This document shows, piece by piece, positions 1 through 13,525 of a stretch of DNA of 64,000 nt. This DNA is from Octopus sinensis (taxonomy: Eukaryota), in NCBI RefSeq assembly GCF_006345805.1, contig NC_042997.1:57970001-58034000 (forward strand). Reading direction: 5' to 3'. Made by a program: the position numbers and the translations under genes. A model generated the notes under the pieces. It saw only the letters and a program-made list of their open reading frames with translations, made no database searches and was not told the DNA's origin. The stretch's first letter is position 1. Each line of letters starts with the position of its first letter.

Positions 1-1444
1 ATTTATTTCCTTACAAGAACATTTTAATAATTTTCTTTTGATTTTTCTGCAAAATATTTTCAGTATTCCATGACTTCTTTATTGAGATGTAACAAATGTC
101 ACAATTCGTTTTTTCCTTTTTTTTCCTTCTCTCAAAAACAAAGCTTGGGTATCAGGATTACATGTCTGTAATTCGCTTCTATACTTAGTTGCATTGGTTT
201 GAATTTCTGCTTTATATGTTCAATCTAACTGCATTTGGGCTTGGCCTCAAAATAGTTTGTTACTATATCTAGCGTCCTCTATTTATAAGGTTTGTCTGCT
301 ATTTACATTGCAACGCTAAATGCGTTTCTGTCTTTATTTATTTATTCCTGTGCATTGTCAAATCCAAAGATTTTATGACTGTCAAGAAGTCCTAGTGGTG
401 ACATCAAAGGCTTTTTTTATATACATAAATGATTTATTTTATATACATACATGCAAACACTCACGCACACACCTATTTATTATTCATGGAATGGACATTA
501 TCTGATGATATTAAATGTTGCAAAATTGGATTGCTTTACCTCTAAAATAGCTCTGAAGCTTATGGCTTATTTTCTCAAATAAGTATGGTCTGCACTGTGT
601 AATTTAAACATTTTGGAAATATTTTCGAATAATAGTTTCCTCTACTTTAATACAGTGGTTATCAAACTGACAAGTCCTAGTTTCTCTCACCACCCACCCA
701 CACACACAAAAAAGTGAAAATTTTTGCCCTTCCCATCTGTACTATAATGTATTTATTAATGGGAAGACGAGTTAAAATTGCATTCCATACAATTCTTTCG
801 CCGTGTTGTTGGACAAGTTTAAAGTTTTAAAGTATTTTGGTGTTTGATAAAATACGGCCATTTGTCTACTTTTCAATCCTCGCAGGTCTCACCCTATGAA
901 AAACGATGCTTTTATAGACCTTAACTATCATTCAGTTGCTCGCATGAAGCACAATCTTCAACTCTTTCGAACATACCATTATGGCTATTCTTTGGGTGAA
1001 GTTATTTCGTCACGCCGAAATATCAATGAAAATTCCAATAAGTTGCGGAAATCAGCCGTAATAATGCATTTCAGAATGAAATCAAAGTGTTTTATACTAT
1101 AATGTTATTGGTATTGAATGGTTGATATAACTCTATTACTGCAATATAGAAAAGATAGGATACCAAAGATAACAACAATATATTAATTATGATAGCCCTT
1201 TAATTCCCTAACTACCATAAGAAATAAAGACTTCTTTCGGCCTTTTGGTATTAACTTGTAGATAAAGCTCATTATTTCAAAGGTAGGTGAAGTACAAGTT
1301 TGAATTAGACAGCAAAGTATACTGAGAAATATCACACGTTTCAATTGCAACGTTAATAAAAGAAAGGTTTGTATAAATGCCTTGTAAAAATTCTTATGCA
1401 TATTGTAGGAATAACTCCTTTCTACTATAGGCACAAGGCTTGAA

Positions 1445-1665
1445 ATTTTATTGGAAGGGGCAAGTCAATTATATCAACCCCAGTACTCAACTGGTACTTA
1501 ATTTATCGACCCCGAAAAGATGAAAGGCAAAGTCCGCCGATGTCGACTTTGCCTTTCATCCTTTCGGGGTCGATAAATTAAGTACCAGTTGCGTACTGGT
1601 TCGACCTAATCGACTATCCCCCTCTCCCAAAATTTCGGGCCTTGTACCTAGAGTAGAAAAGAATA
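1445..1665. mobile_element. Two 5'-truncated tRNA-SINE copies (family B, GGCGGCGAGCTGGCAG-headed octopus-type SINE) head-to-head
   Basis: Minus copy ~1445-1533 and plus copy ~1535-1665 share the GACTTTGCCTTTCATCCTTTCGGGGTCGATAAATTAAGTACCAGTTG body seen in other copies in the window. Confidence 0.8.
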
Positions 1666-2831
1666 TTGTAAAAATAACGTGCATGAAGTTTCCTTTTAGT
1701 GTCATATGTAGTGAGAGTGCATTATGTTGCTAAGATAAACAGCAAAATAAAAGGCAACAAAACAGCACGTGGTACAGACAGCAGGTAGTAAATTAGATAC
1801 AACAAATTGATTTCCCGTTCAGCCTAAATGTGACGTGTTATTTTTAAGTGAAGACTAACTTAAATGAGAATTCTGTACAAAAAAAAAGTTAGGTTGATTT
1901 GTATGGTACTAAAGCTTTCCAAGGAAAAAGACGATGTAACAACTTAAGTTCTATTTATGCAATCAAAAATAATTGAAAAATACTTGTTCCTTCTGTGTCC
2001 AGAAAAAAAAAAAAACATTGACCAAAATTTGACCTTGTTGCACGTGGGTCACTTATATAGGTCTGTAGCAAAACAATTGTGTCACGGCTAATTTGTTTCG
2101 TTTGGCGAGTGGCTGCATGATTGTGATCAATACAACTACATCGTGATTGTCGAGCGATTTGTTTATAGTGAGCAGCGATAGAAATTGAGTTTTAGGAACT
2201 AGGGAATCGCTAGTATTTGAGGTTGAGGTTGGGAAATAGTGTAAGCTGAAAGGAGGAGAATACCGTTCCTTTATGTACGCCTTCCATTTCCCTGATGAGT
2301 GTTAGATAATAGTGAGGCCATCAATTTTTAAAGGACAGTTTTAGCCGATACCATCAACTTTAGTACTTGACTGATTCTATCGACCCCGGAGGGTTGAAAG
2401 GCAAAGATGACCTCGGTGAGATTTGAACTCAGAACTTAAATAATAATAAAAAAAAAAAGTGGAATAAATTTCATGTCACGAGGAAGTAAAAATTAACATT
2501 TCCAGAAGAACCCTTCCTCAGAGAAAGATAGAATGTGATAAGAGAAAGAAAGGGTAGAAATAACGATTGATGGTGGAAGGGAAGAAACGTTTAGAGTGAG
2601 AGAAAAAAACCCCAAAAAAACTAAACGATGTAAAGGCGGTAGTGACAGGAATCATTATGCATATTTTCGCTTTATTTACATAGGTGTTGTATATGTGCCT
2701 GTGTGAGCTCCCTAAGTTACACTTCTCCCTCACAGCATGTTATTGACGGAAGCAAATGTTATCAAAGGTGTGGTTTGCATTTTAGTCTAACTCATTTACT
2801 TTCATACAGATTACACAAGTATCAATAATCT

Positions 2832-3256
2832 TGGCGATCTTTCGTCTCTAGTAGACCTTTCCGTCGATTTCCGTAAAATTTTTTTTTTTTTTTACATATG
2901 GGCTTGCAGTAACTTTTGAAGTAATATACATACATATACACATACACCGAGTAAAAAATTTCAGTTATCTCTTTCTTTCACACATTACTCTGTCTCTTCA
3001 CACACACTAACAGAAGCACTTCACTTACACAACATACTGTCTGTCTTCCACACCCCATCAAACACACACACACACACATGTCCATCAATGCTCCCATGCA
3101 CGGTAACTTCAAAAGAACTTCCCTCGTCATACAATCGCTTTCTCTTAGTCTCTTTCGCTCTCATTACTTCAAAAGTTCCCGCAAGCCCATATGTAAAAAA
3201 AAAAAAAAATTTTACGGAAATCGACGGAAAGGTCTACTAGAGACGAAAGATTGCCA
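2832..3256. mobile_element. MITE-like element with ~95-bp terminal inverted repeats
   Basis: 2832-2925 (TGGCGATCTTTCGTCTCTAGTAGACC...TTTTGAAGTAAT) is the near-perfect reverse complement of ~3164-3256; non-coding, CA/CT-rich interior; no clear TSD. Confidence 0.7.
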
Positions 3257-3585
3257 TAATCTTAATTCCAGTCAGTCATCCTAAAACTTGCAATTTATAA
3301 ATACGTGACATCTGCACTGCACCACACAACTCCACCAGAAAATTTCGCGCGCGCGCGCGCACATTTCTGGAATTTTCAATTATATACCATACATATACTG
3401 CACAAACACACCTGTATACAGTGCTAGTTTAATCACATGCTGGTTGTTTCAGTCAGAATTATATCACCTAGACACGTGCAGCTGCAACATATTCCGTTGA
3501 ATGTTGTCAGTGTATTGAGAGTGTGGGTCGGCGTAGGAATATTTAGGATATTTTGGTTCGGATGACTCACCTGTAGTCTTTCATA

Positions 3586-4128
3586 TACTGAAAAATAAGA
3601 ACCACTTGGGCTTTTTATTGTTTAGCTGCAACCGTCCGTCACTTTACGAGGAACAATTTACATATCACTGCAGAAAAAGGCAACATGTTAATATGCACTT
3701 TTAAATACTATTGTTCGCTTCCTTGAAGTCTTGCATTTCGAATCAATAAGAGAGCTTCTAAGTTGTCGCGCAACGTGCTAGAAATAACAGCAACCAAAAC
3801 ATCTTCAAGTTACACTCTACCGTCTTAAATAGGGAGAGGTTAGTTGGGTATTTATAGCCTTAGATTTCACTAAAAGATGTGATAGTCGTAACTGAAAAGC
3901 CTTTGATTATTAGTTTGCTCGATCAGTTTAGTGCTAAATAACAGCTTCCCGTATCTCAATCATATATGAAACTTTTTTGTAGACGTTGCTAGAAATAGTA
4001 ACCAAATTTCCCCCACTATTGTAGAAAAGAAGTCCGTTTGATGTGGTTATGAGTAAACTAGTCATCGTAAAGTGACAGATGATCACAGCTAAACAATAAA
4101 AAGTCTAAGTGGTTCTTATTTTTCAGTA
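3586..4128. mobile_element. TA-flanked MITE (Tc1/mariner-type ends)
   Basis: TA|TACTGAAAAATAAGAACCACTT...CACTTTACGA at the left matches the reverse complement of TCGTAAAGTG...AAGTGGTTCTTATTTTTCAGTA|TA at the right (~65-bp imperfect TIR); TA dinucleotide on both sides. Confidence 0.65.
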
Positions 4129-4233
4129 TAGCAAACGAAACAAGTATAATATGTATACCCTGTCCAGAAGTCACAACATGGTTGTAGCAAGCTTTGAATT
4201 TGTGAAGTCCTTTTAATGTTACAGTCACTTATA

Positions 4234-4506
4234 GGCGCAGGAGTGGCTGTGTGGTAAGTAGCTTGCTAACCAACCACATGGTTCCGGGTTCAGTCCCACT
4301 GCGTGGCATCTTGGGCAAGTGTCTTCTGCTATAGCCCCGGGCCGACTAATGCCTTGTGAGTGGATTTGGTAGACGGAAACTGAAAGAAGCCTGTCGTATA
4401 TATGTATATATATATATATAAGTATGTGTGTCTGTGTTTGTCCCCCTAAAAGGCGGTGCTCCAGCATGGCCGCAGTCAAATGACTTAAACAAGTAAAAGA
4501 GTAAAG
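4234..4506 (+). mobile_element. tRNA-derived SINE, family A (GGCGCAGGAGTGGCTGTGTGGTAAG head), internally deleted
   Basis: A/B-box-like head (GGTTCAGTCCC); near-identical to 46341-46736 but lacks ~125 bp between CCCCTA and AAAGGCGGTG (CTA microhomology). Confidence 0.85.
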
Positions 4507-4961
4507 AGTATATAGGAAACTCCACGGAAATGGATGCGTGGTTGAGAAGTTCGCTTCGCAATTTCATAGTTCCTTTGGGCAAATGCCTTCCTCTAATTTT
4601 TGTGTGAAATTTGATTGACAGAAACTGAAAAATCCCTTACATACGTACATACGTACGCACATATATATGCGTATATGTGTGTACATGTGTATGTGTCAGC
4701 GAGAAAACCCAAACACTCGTTCACTTTGAAGGAAGAGTTCTTAATACATTTGTTCTGTACCTTGTCATTTTCGTCGTCAGAAGTATGATGTATCAGTTAT
4801 GGGTCCATCGGGAACTTGTAATCAGTAATGGCTATTGTTCACTTGTGATATAATATAAAATAAGTAGCTTGACCTCAATGTAGGTGATATTCATTGGATA
4901 TAGATGAATGTAGTACATTCTTCACCATTGCTTGTACACAAGAATACACACACGTACAGCT

Positions 4962-6475
4962 CTTAAGGGATACTTCATAAGTAATATATGGTCCATAACC
5001 TATTTTAAAAATTGAGGTCAGAAATCTAGATATTGTTGGCTAATATTAACTTGTGATCCGAAGTTTCTCAGGTGGTTACCGTCTGAGAAATTTCGTTCAC
5101 AAGCTCTTGTGAAGCCCGATGTGGCATATAAACTATGTAGTCTTATTGAAGTTATGTTAAAAATAAAATTGTTCTAGCTGTGCTGTTGTTAATATATTGA
5201 TAATATTTGCTGCCTAAATTTTCTGTTTCAAATGTTGCCACTTAGGTAGTTCAGTGATCTTTTTTCATTATTTTTTCATAAATTTATTACAGAAAACAAA
5301 GTACAAATAAGTAATTCTTTAACCTTATTACTGTGCCTTCTAGCACACTTGGTCCGTCGTAGCACAGGTTTTTTTATGCATGTCCTACTAACAAAACTGT
5401 AGTTCAAAACTGAGCGATCACTGCCTTCACATTGTCTATACCAAATTAATGACATCTTCGGATGTCTTTGAGTGAACCGAAGATGCAAGGTCAGGACTAT
5501 ATGGAAGACGCTCCATTATTTCGTGATTTCATTTTCTAGAGAATTTCAACAGAGTGAGCAGCAATAAATCTGTAGTAATAATCTGTGGTATGTTTCGAAT
5601 GGCCTGCGGGTAGCTTGTCACAGAGGATGTTTATACGGTTTATTATCCAATTCCGTTTTAGTCTGCCAGCGTCACTTTTCCTGCTGTTGGTTGAATTATG
5701 AACTCTTTTTTTCCCGAGGGACGATTATAGATGTTTCACCTATTCCATACTCTTATATACTGGTGATTATCATAGTGTTTTCCATTGCCTGTTATGATTT
5801 TCCCGCCAGTAAGGTGTCGCTTTCGTTACCATAGTAATTTAAATCATTGGTCGATTCCAATATACTTGTGCAATCCTATGAGTTGTTTTGGGACGCATCT
5901 TAAACAAACTTTACTAAAACCAAGTCTATTGTCGATGGTTTCAGAGGTAGAACTATGGTTAATTTCTGTATAATTTTTCATTTCATCAAGTCACCCGTCT
6001 GTTAACAAAATCGCGTCAAGTTCAATGTTGTCTTGACGTGTTTCAAGTTTCTGTAACACTTGTGTGAACATTTTGAATTCTTCAATCTATTCATGGACAA
6101 TTCTTATCAGCAGAAGTAGTTTCCTTGCTGAAAGCCTTCAATGAATTTCCTTTCATCTCACAGAAAATAGACCACTGAACACTATTATTTGTTGAAGCAA
6201 ACAGAAAGCAAGGCAACCATGGTTAACGTAATAACCTAATTGATGTTACAAGTTCAAACTAAACTATAATGTCTCGTCAAACTACATGTATCCATGCGTG
6301 CACAACTAATTTTCTCATTTTCCCACCAGTAGGGGAAAAAAATTAGAAATGCATTACATATGATTAGTGACTTACGCTGTGTGTGTAAAAATATATAATC
6401 TATAATCGTTAGTCCGTCAAAAAACATATTTTGTTTCGCGTATGGCTCATCGGAAACTATTTTCATTCACCCTCA
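4962..6475 (-). mobile_element. Degenerate mariner transposon remnant
   Basis: Minus-strand translation gives EIMERLPYSPDLASS (~5470-5525; mariner YSPDLAP motif) and IQPTAGKVTLA (~5665-5700), matching VQPSAGKVTLT of the young copy; ends approximate. Confidence 0.65.
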
Positions 6476-6685
6476 GACTTATCTTTGAGTACTTTTATTC
6501 TAAGTGGCCAAGAATAGCTTCTTTTCATCCTGCCATTTTTGTAGTCGTGTGAGTGTGTCTGTGTGTGTGAGTGTGTTATGTGTGGTGTGTGTGGTCCGTC
6601 CCATGCTATACCATACACTTATTAGTCCGTTCTTTCCATGTCTGCCTTGTATTATCCTGATTTAACACTTATATAATAACATTCA

Positions 6686-7580
6686 TCTACTACATATGCA
6701 GGAAATTCTGTCTGGGTGTATTTGTGGAGTTGTTAGCTAATTCCTACATCGTTTTATCGATTTTGATGAAACTTGACACGTGAGTAGAACTAGAAACCTC
6801 ATGGCATACTCAGATTGTTGAAAAAAAAATCGATGATAGGGCCCCTGGAAGAGATTCTTATATATATTTAATATATATTATTTTAAAAGCCAAGGGAAAT
6901 AACCAATTCGCCCCTGGAAGGGATCCTTGTATATATCCAAAGGAAATAACCCATTCATTTTCCTAAATTATTTTGTAAAAATGAAATTCAGTATGCTTAT
7001 TTCTTAGTATTTGAACTGTTAGTTATTTTCACAATTTATCCAGTACAACCCTTAAACAAATAAATAGTATTTTCCTAAACAATAGATCCACTTATTTCGG
7101 TTAGTGACTTATTCACGTATATACCAACAATAGCACCCCTGAGGGTAATATTCTCTGGGAACGCACAAAATCCCTTTTCAGATTTACTTTGAATTGTTAT
7201 CTCATATCTGATTAGCCTGTTATTACGTAACATGCTTCACAATTTTAGTATACATACCTTATTAGTATTTCCTCCTATGTTCTATATACTCTGGGAACGC
7301 ATTAAAGCCCTTTTCGGGGCTACTTTATATGAATTCTTATTTTCGGGTAACTAATTTCATGTTATTACATAACTGACTTCACAATTTGGGTATTCATAAG
7401 TTATTAGGAATTCCTAAAAACAAGATCCTGTGTAAGACAGTTCGGTATTCTCTGTAAATGCACAAAAACCGTTTTAAGGGCGACATGCTTTGTATTGTTA
7501 TTGGATTAACGAAACAATTATGAGAACAGAACCAAGGGATAAGCCCCGCTTTCCCGGGAATTACCGGATACGTCAGCTAG
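6686..7580 (+). mobile_element. Non-autonomous Helitron-like (DINE-type) element
   Basis: Starts A|TC at 6686 and ends CCCGGGAATTACCGGATACGTCAGCTAG|T at 7580 (GC-rich subterminal motif plus CTAG, inserted between A and T); no ORF. The 5' end is less certain. Confidence 0.5.
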
Positions 7581-8606
7581 TTAAATCATAATACAAAACA
7601 TCGCTACCTTAAACTTTATTATATCTATATTTTTCTGCCAACGATATATTTACTTAATTCACCTTGTTACGCACCCAGAATAATTAGTAGTTTGTTCTTT
7701 GCTCACGTTCCTAGGTGACTTGATATTCCCCTCCATTTTGCTTCATGTACACAGTAAAGTTTATTTACTTCTGTCACAACAATTCTAAAATCTTTCTTGA
7801 TTCACATTTTATTTCACAACGTTAATGGTGGCAGCAGAAGGAAGTAATGGGTAGATGGGTATTCTTCATTTTCTGCATATATATATGTGTTTATGTACGT
7901 ATGATGTGTGTGTACGAGCGCATCAGGTCGCTTTGAGTGTCTCTGGGAATATGTAACCTAATACAACCTTTAACGACTTTGGTCGTCGCTGACTAAATTG
8001 GCCTGACGAGGAGGATTGCTAGTAAGCCAGATAAAAATCAAGACTCGTTAATTTGTCACAGGGTCAACATTTTCTAACAACAGAAATCGAGGACAGTTTC
8101 TCGAGATAGGGAATGAATGTGTTAAAAGCACTTGAGCGGTTAGTTATTGCGAAATGTGAAACCAGGATCGTTTAGTTTCAGGTCATCCCATCCTAGAGGA
8201 AAAGCAAATGTAGTCATGTGTATGTTTCATTCGCTATAGTCAACTTCATGCATAGGAACTAAGAAACATTAAACTGATAATGTATCCTTCAGAAGTGGTC
8301 ATTGTCACTCCGGTAGTGGGGTATCACATGTACTTCTGTCTTACCTCGCTCGTGAGGACACATAGTTGTTGGAGCCTAGGTAGGAGCAGTCGTGATCTGC
8401 CAGTCACCAGCAAGGTAACGCCCTTAGGTGTTACTGCTCTAAGAAATACAATGTCAAAGTGGTCGTATTGATTTGTAAGTTGACTTCCACGATCGCGTGC
8501 GCCCGTATATGTCACCATGTCTGTCTGTCTGTATTTTACGTTTTTTTTACGTTCATGTCCCAGTTTGTATTTTTTTACATAAATATATATATATGTGTGT
8601 GTGTAG

Positions 8607-9865
8607 AGGGCCGTACCGCGAAATTTTTTTCCCACGATAGTATCTGACCCCAATAATGAACTCATTTGCATACAGCCAATCAGAGCAGAACCACCTTTAT
8701 CCTTTCTTCTTTTCTAGTCAGTACCGTGCATTTCTTATTCCCCCCTTCTCTACTGGGAGACAGCGACTCTCCATCCTCTAACTACCTGTCGGGCAAAAGA
8801 ATAAATATATGTAAATAATATTTCTTCCTTCTTGGTGTTGCTCCTTCAATGTTCACTGGTTACTCCGACGTTGCCACAATAATACACTTGCCCAAATTGA
8901 ATTGCTGGAGTTATTTAATTTTTTCTAGAAATATGCTTTAAAAAAAACTTATATTTTCACCCAGTCAGGAAATAGGATTTGGAAGGTGTCATTTTGTGCG
9001 TGACTGCACATTTTGTCGTCAACATCCTGAAAATGCTTACATTTCTTATATTTTCCGTGAAATTTTCACGGATCCAGCTAGTTATAATAAATAGATCTAT
9101 AATTTACTACTAATAATATAATAATACTCAGCGAAATTTTTTAGTACTCACATTTTCGTGACTATTTTTTTAAAAATCTTTTCTGCTTGGTTGCCAGCGT
9201 CAATTTTCTGTTCAAATTGATTTCATATTCAGTGTAATAATACACTTTCAAATTAATGAAGTGAAAGTAATTTTTTCGCTATAAATCAATAAAGAGTTAG
9301 TAGTAATTAAAGTTTGAAAATGTTGGTAATTTCAGTAAATCGTAAGCCACAGACACACATTCATGTTTTTTCTCTTTTAAATTAACATAAACATTTATTT
9401 ATATGAAAGAAAATTACTGGAGACATAACGTGTTGTTTACAAATATTGACAACATGTGCTATTTTGTCACGTACAAAATGACAGCTTCAAAATCATGTTT
9501 CTTGACTGGATGAAAATGATCAAACTTTAAACCTCAATAACTTTTTTAAAACATTTTTCTAGAAAAAAAATGAAATAACTCCAGTAATTGAGTTTGGGCA
9601 AGTGTATTGTGCCAACGTCGGAGTAACCAGTGAACATCGAAGGATCAACACCGAGAAGGAAGAAATATTATTTACATATATTTATTCGTTTTCCCGACAG
9701 GTAGTTAGAGGAAGTTGTTGTCTGCCAGTAGAGAGGGAAAGAGTAAGGAATGCACGGTACTGACTAGAAAGGATAAAGGTGGTCTGCTTTGATTGGCTAT
9801 ATGCAAATGAGTTCATTACTGGGGTCCGAAACACTCGTGGGATAAAAAATTTCGCAGTCGGCCCC
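8607..9865. mobile_element. Foldback/long-TIR non-autonomous DNA transposon (~400-bp imperfect arms)
   Basis: ~8607-9020 is the diverged reverse complement of ~9450-9865; AT-rich spacer; a partial copy of the inner arm occurs at ~11790-11945. No TSD found. Confidence 0.75.
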
Positions 9866-12800
9866 AGGGTTGCTGTCGTCCCAAACAAGCTGAACTGTAC
9901 AAGCTTTCGGTCGTGGAAATTTCCTTGTCTTTGTCACGCCCTCCTTGGTTCCCCTTACCACATGGCGACCCAAGTTCCCCGGTTTTTTCCAGTGTATCAC
10001 TGAAATAATACTAAAAGATGTTAGCTTCACACACGCACACCTTATTGAGCAGTTTTTCACTTTTTTCATTCTTATAGCTGGAATTTCATTTCATATTTTC
10101 CCTCTTAACTGTCACTACTTCATTGCTTTAACGTCACACCTTTATTGTTATCTCTATGTGTAGCATGTGTCAGACATAGTAGTTGGCACTAAACCTAGTG
10201 GTAAAAAGTACACTTGCATTACATACAAAAAAAATGTGTTTATACCATTTGCAATATTCTGTTAACATGGATATCATTTATTATCTATCAAGGTAACTCA
10301 CAAATATGGCCTCTTTGAAGAAGAAAAATAGTGACCAAGCTGGCATTTATTTATTGCATCTAGTTTTTTAATGTTTCTATTAATTTTTTAAAAGTAATAT
10401 TACGCTTCCTTAGAGAAATTCTAATTGTGAAATATTTTTGTCCATGACCCTGGTTTTATTGTCAAGGTCGTGCCAACGGACATTAAATATTGCTGTAGCT
10501 GTTTCAGTCACATTGTTCTGTTTTATGAAATCTAATATAGCCATCGACTGTAGTAATGCTGTGAGTGTGTTGGCTTGCTTCAGTAGATTCCGTTAAACCT
10601 TGTGGTGTGATAAAAAAAAATCCCCTCAAATGCTTCCATACAGTTTTGATAGAAAAATTTAGAAGAATTAGACGAAAGTTCGGTAATTTTCTTTCATGTA
10701 AATGTTTATGTTAATTTAAACATTTGTCAGCAAAATCTTATAAAATCACAGTGATCTAAGAGATGTACATGTTTACATGTTATATATATGAAAATAAAAA
10801 TTTTATCAAGCCAGTTATTTTAATACAATAAATACATAATCTTACAAGTTTGCTAATGTGTTTGTGTGTCTGTGTGCGCGAATTACGTAACTTAATATTT
10901 CGTTATGAACAAAATTACTGTTACCGTATTCTTTCGGAACAGACTGTTGAATATTTATCAATGAATAGTTAATATTGTTTTGAGCTTTTAGCCTATAAAA
11001 ATATTTAGCTTTCCTCCACAACTGTTTTGGGAAAACAAACACTTATTCTATTGTGCCTAAGGTATTGCAATATTGTCGTAGTTTTCATAATATAATTTTG
11101 TTCACACGTTGATACTTTATACGAATGTAAATCGGCACCAGTATTTGAATGGCCTTTGTATTTTATTGAACTTAGTAGGATGAAAGGCAAAGTTAAACTT
11201 GGCGCGATTTGAACTAAGAACGTAAGGGACCATAGCAAAGCATTTTGTTCAACGGTCTGACGATTCCGCGAAGGTCGATTTTGCCTTATCTTCTATAACT
11301 GATAAAATAAGTAGTGATTAAATATCTCCTTCGAAATGTTTAGCATCACGACGTTAAAAATCATTGGATTAGCAGTGTCGTCAGTATCAGACAAAACAAA
11401 GCCCTTGCGGTAATTATTCCGACACCTTACAGTCTAAGTTCAGACCTTCCTTTCAGTATCAGTCGAGTATTGCGGTCGAAGTAACCGACTTTCTCCTCTC
11501 AAAATTGCAGCCTTGAACCAAAATCTGAAATCGTCATCATCATCATGATTATTAATTTTATTATTGTTACCATGCCAGACAAAATGCTTCGCAGTATTTC
11601 TTCTGGTTCGAAGTTCAAATGCTGCCGAGGTTAACTTAGTCTTTTATCCTTTCGGGCTCGATAAACTAGAATAAAATACCCCCCACCCCAAGTTTCAGGA
11701 CTTGTGCTTATAGTAGAAAAAATGGATCTAGTTGGTTTGGCTGACAGCATTTTAAAAATTAAAGTTTATCGAATTTTTTTTTTAATTTGGCACATTAATA
11801 TACTTTTCCAAACTGAAATGCTGGAGTTATTTTACTTTTACCAGAAAAAATGTTTTTATAAAGTTATAGAGGTTTAAAGTTTTGATCATTTTCACCCAGT
11901 GAAGAAACAAGATTTGGAAGCTGTCATTTTGTGTGTAACTGCTGAAAATAGCGCGTTTTTAACTGTAAACAAATCAAATTCTGCTTAATGTACGACATAT
12001 AGCCCCTCATGACTTTTTTAAATTTGAAATTTTCAGAAAAATTTTGCAAATTTGTACTCTACACATGGGAATCCATACGATTATGCGAAGAACATTTTAA
12101 TGGGCGGGGGATTTAAGGCCTATTTAGCTGTTATTTGTAGCACATCTCACGACCATGATACAAGCAACAGAACACAGTTTCAACGCACATAACATCGTAT
12201 AGAATATATTTGACATGTACTTTCTAACTGACAAAAGAGTTCTAATGTCTGGTTTGTTACTATGGAAACAGGCATGAATGTGTCTGTGGCTTATGATTGG
12301 CTAAAATTACCCAACATTTTCAAACTTTAATTGCTAATAACTCTTTATTTTCATGTCATTCATTAGCCTATAAAAGTGTATCATTACATTGAATATGAAA
12401 TCAATTAGAACAGAAATTAATGCTGGCAGCCAGACAAACTAGATCTGAAAGAATAATTATCATTAATATTGTCTCAACTCTTGTCTTTCAATTGTCAAAT
12501 CTAGACATGTGATTGGATCCTTGACCTTGCAGATCCTTGGACACAATACTGATACAATCATACACCAAATACTAACAGATTTGATAGACTTAAAATAAAA
12601 TGTGTACTCAGGGTCAATTCGGTCAACTATATTCTTTACATGAAAACATTTCTAACCTGTATGATGTAAGAAATAAATGGCACCAAACTAAATATTTTGT
12701 GATATTTAATTAACGTCTGTTTACATTGCTTATTCAAGTCTTGCTAGAGTCAACGCCTTTCATTACTTTTGAGGTTGATTAAGTGCCAGTGTCAATTAAG

Positions 12801-13084
12801 TTGTCATGCTTTCAACGCAAAAGTGTAAGGCATTGTGCCAATGATAGAAATCATAATTATTTATACTGTTATTTATTGGCTTTGTGCCTAAGAAAAACAT
12901 AATTAAACTTGGCTATTACGAATAATTATGAAACATTTGTCTTCTTTTTCATGATGACATTATTCTTAATGAATATTTTAAGTTGGTATGTGTCTTATAA
13001 ATTGATTTAATGTATGATTCTGAACTTCAAAAAAAATATTCTTCTTTGAAAGAATGCCATATTGTCTAGTTCCTTTAACTTTAG

Positions 13085-13493
13085 ATTTCATTGTCTTTGG
13101 CTATTTCCCCATAATGTCTGCTACAGACCTAGAAAAACAAATAGAAAAGCAGATGTACAACAGGTGATTAACAAACGGCTTCCAATTTCTTTGACAATTA
13201 TAAAACATGCATGTATATGTATGAGAATGTATATGTATCTTTATGTATACATGTGTAATATAATCTAATATAATGGTGGCAAGCTGGCAGATAGTTACCA
13301 TGCTGGACAAAATGCTTAGCACTATTCTTCTGACTTTACTTTCTAAGTTCAAATGCTGCCAGGGTTGATTTTGCTTTTCGTCCTTTCGGGATTGATAAAA
13401 TAAGTAACAGTTGAGTACTGTAGTTGATGTAATTGACTTATTCTCTCCCCTGAAATTGCTGAACTCGTGCCAAATTTGAAACCAATATTATCT

Positions 13494-13525
<32 letters not shown>

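Noticed and set aside
9961-9971. CA|TGGCGACCC resembling an LTR end plus primer-binding site
   Set aside because: No matching LTR start, second LTR, TSD or gag/pol sequence could be found.
10524-10595. MKSNIAIDCS resembling the USP N-terminal motif
   Set aside because: It stops after 23 codons, has no phase-1 donor and lies 23 kb upstream, beyond another gene candidate.
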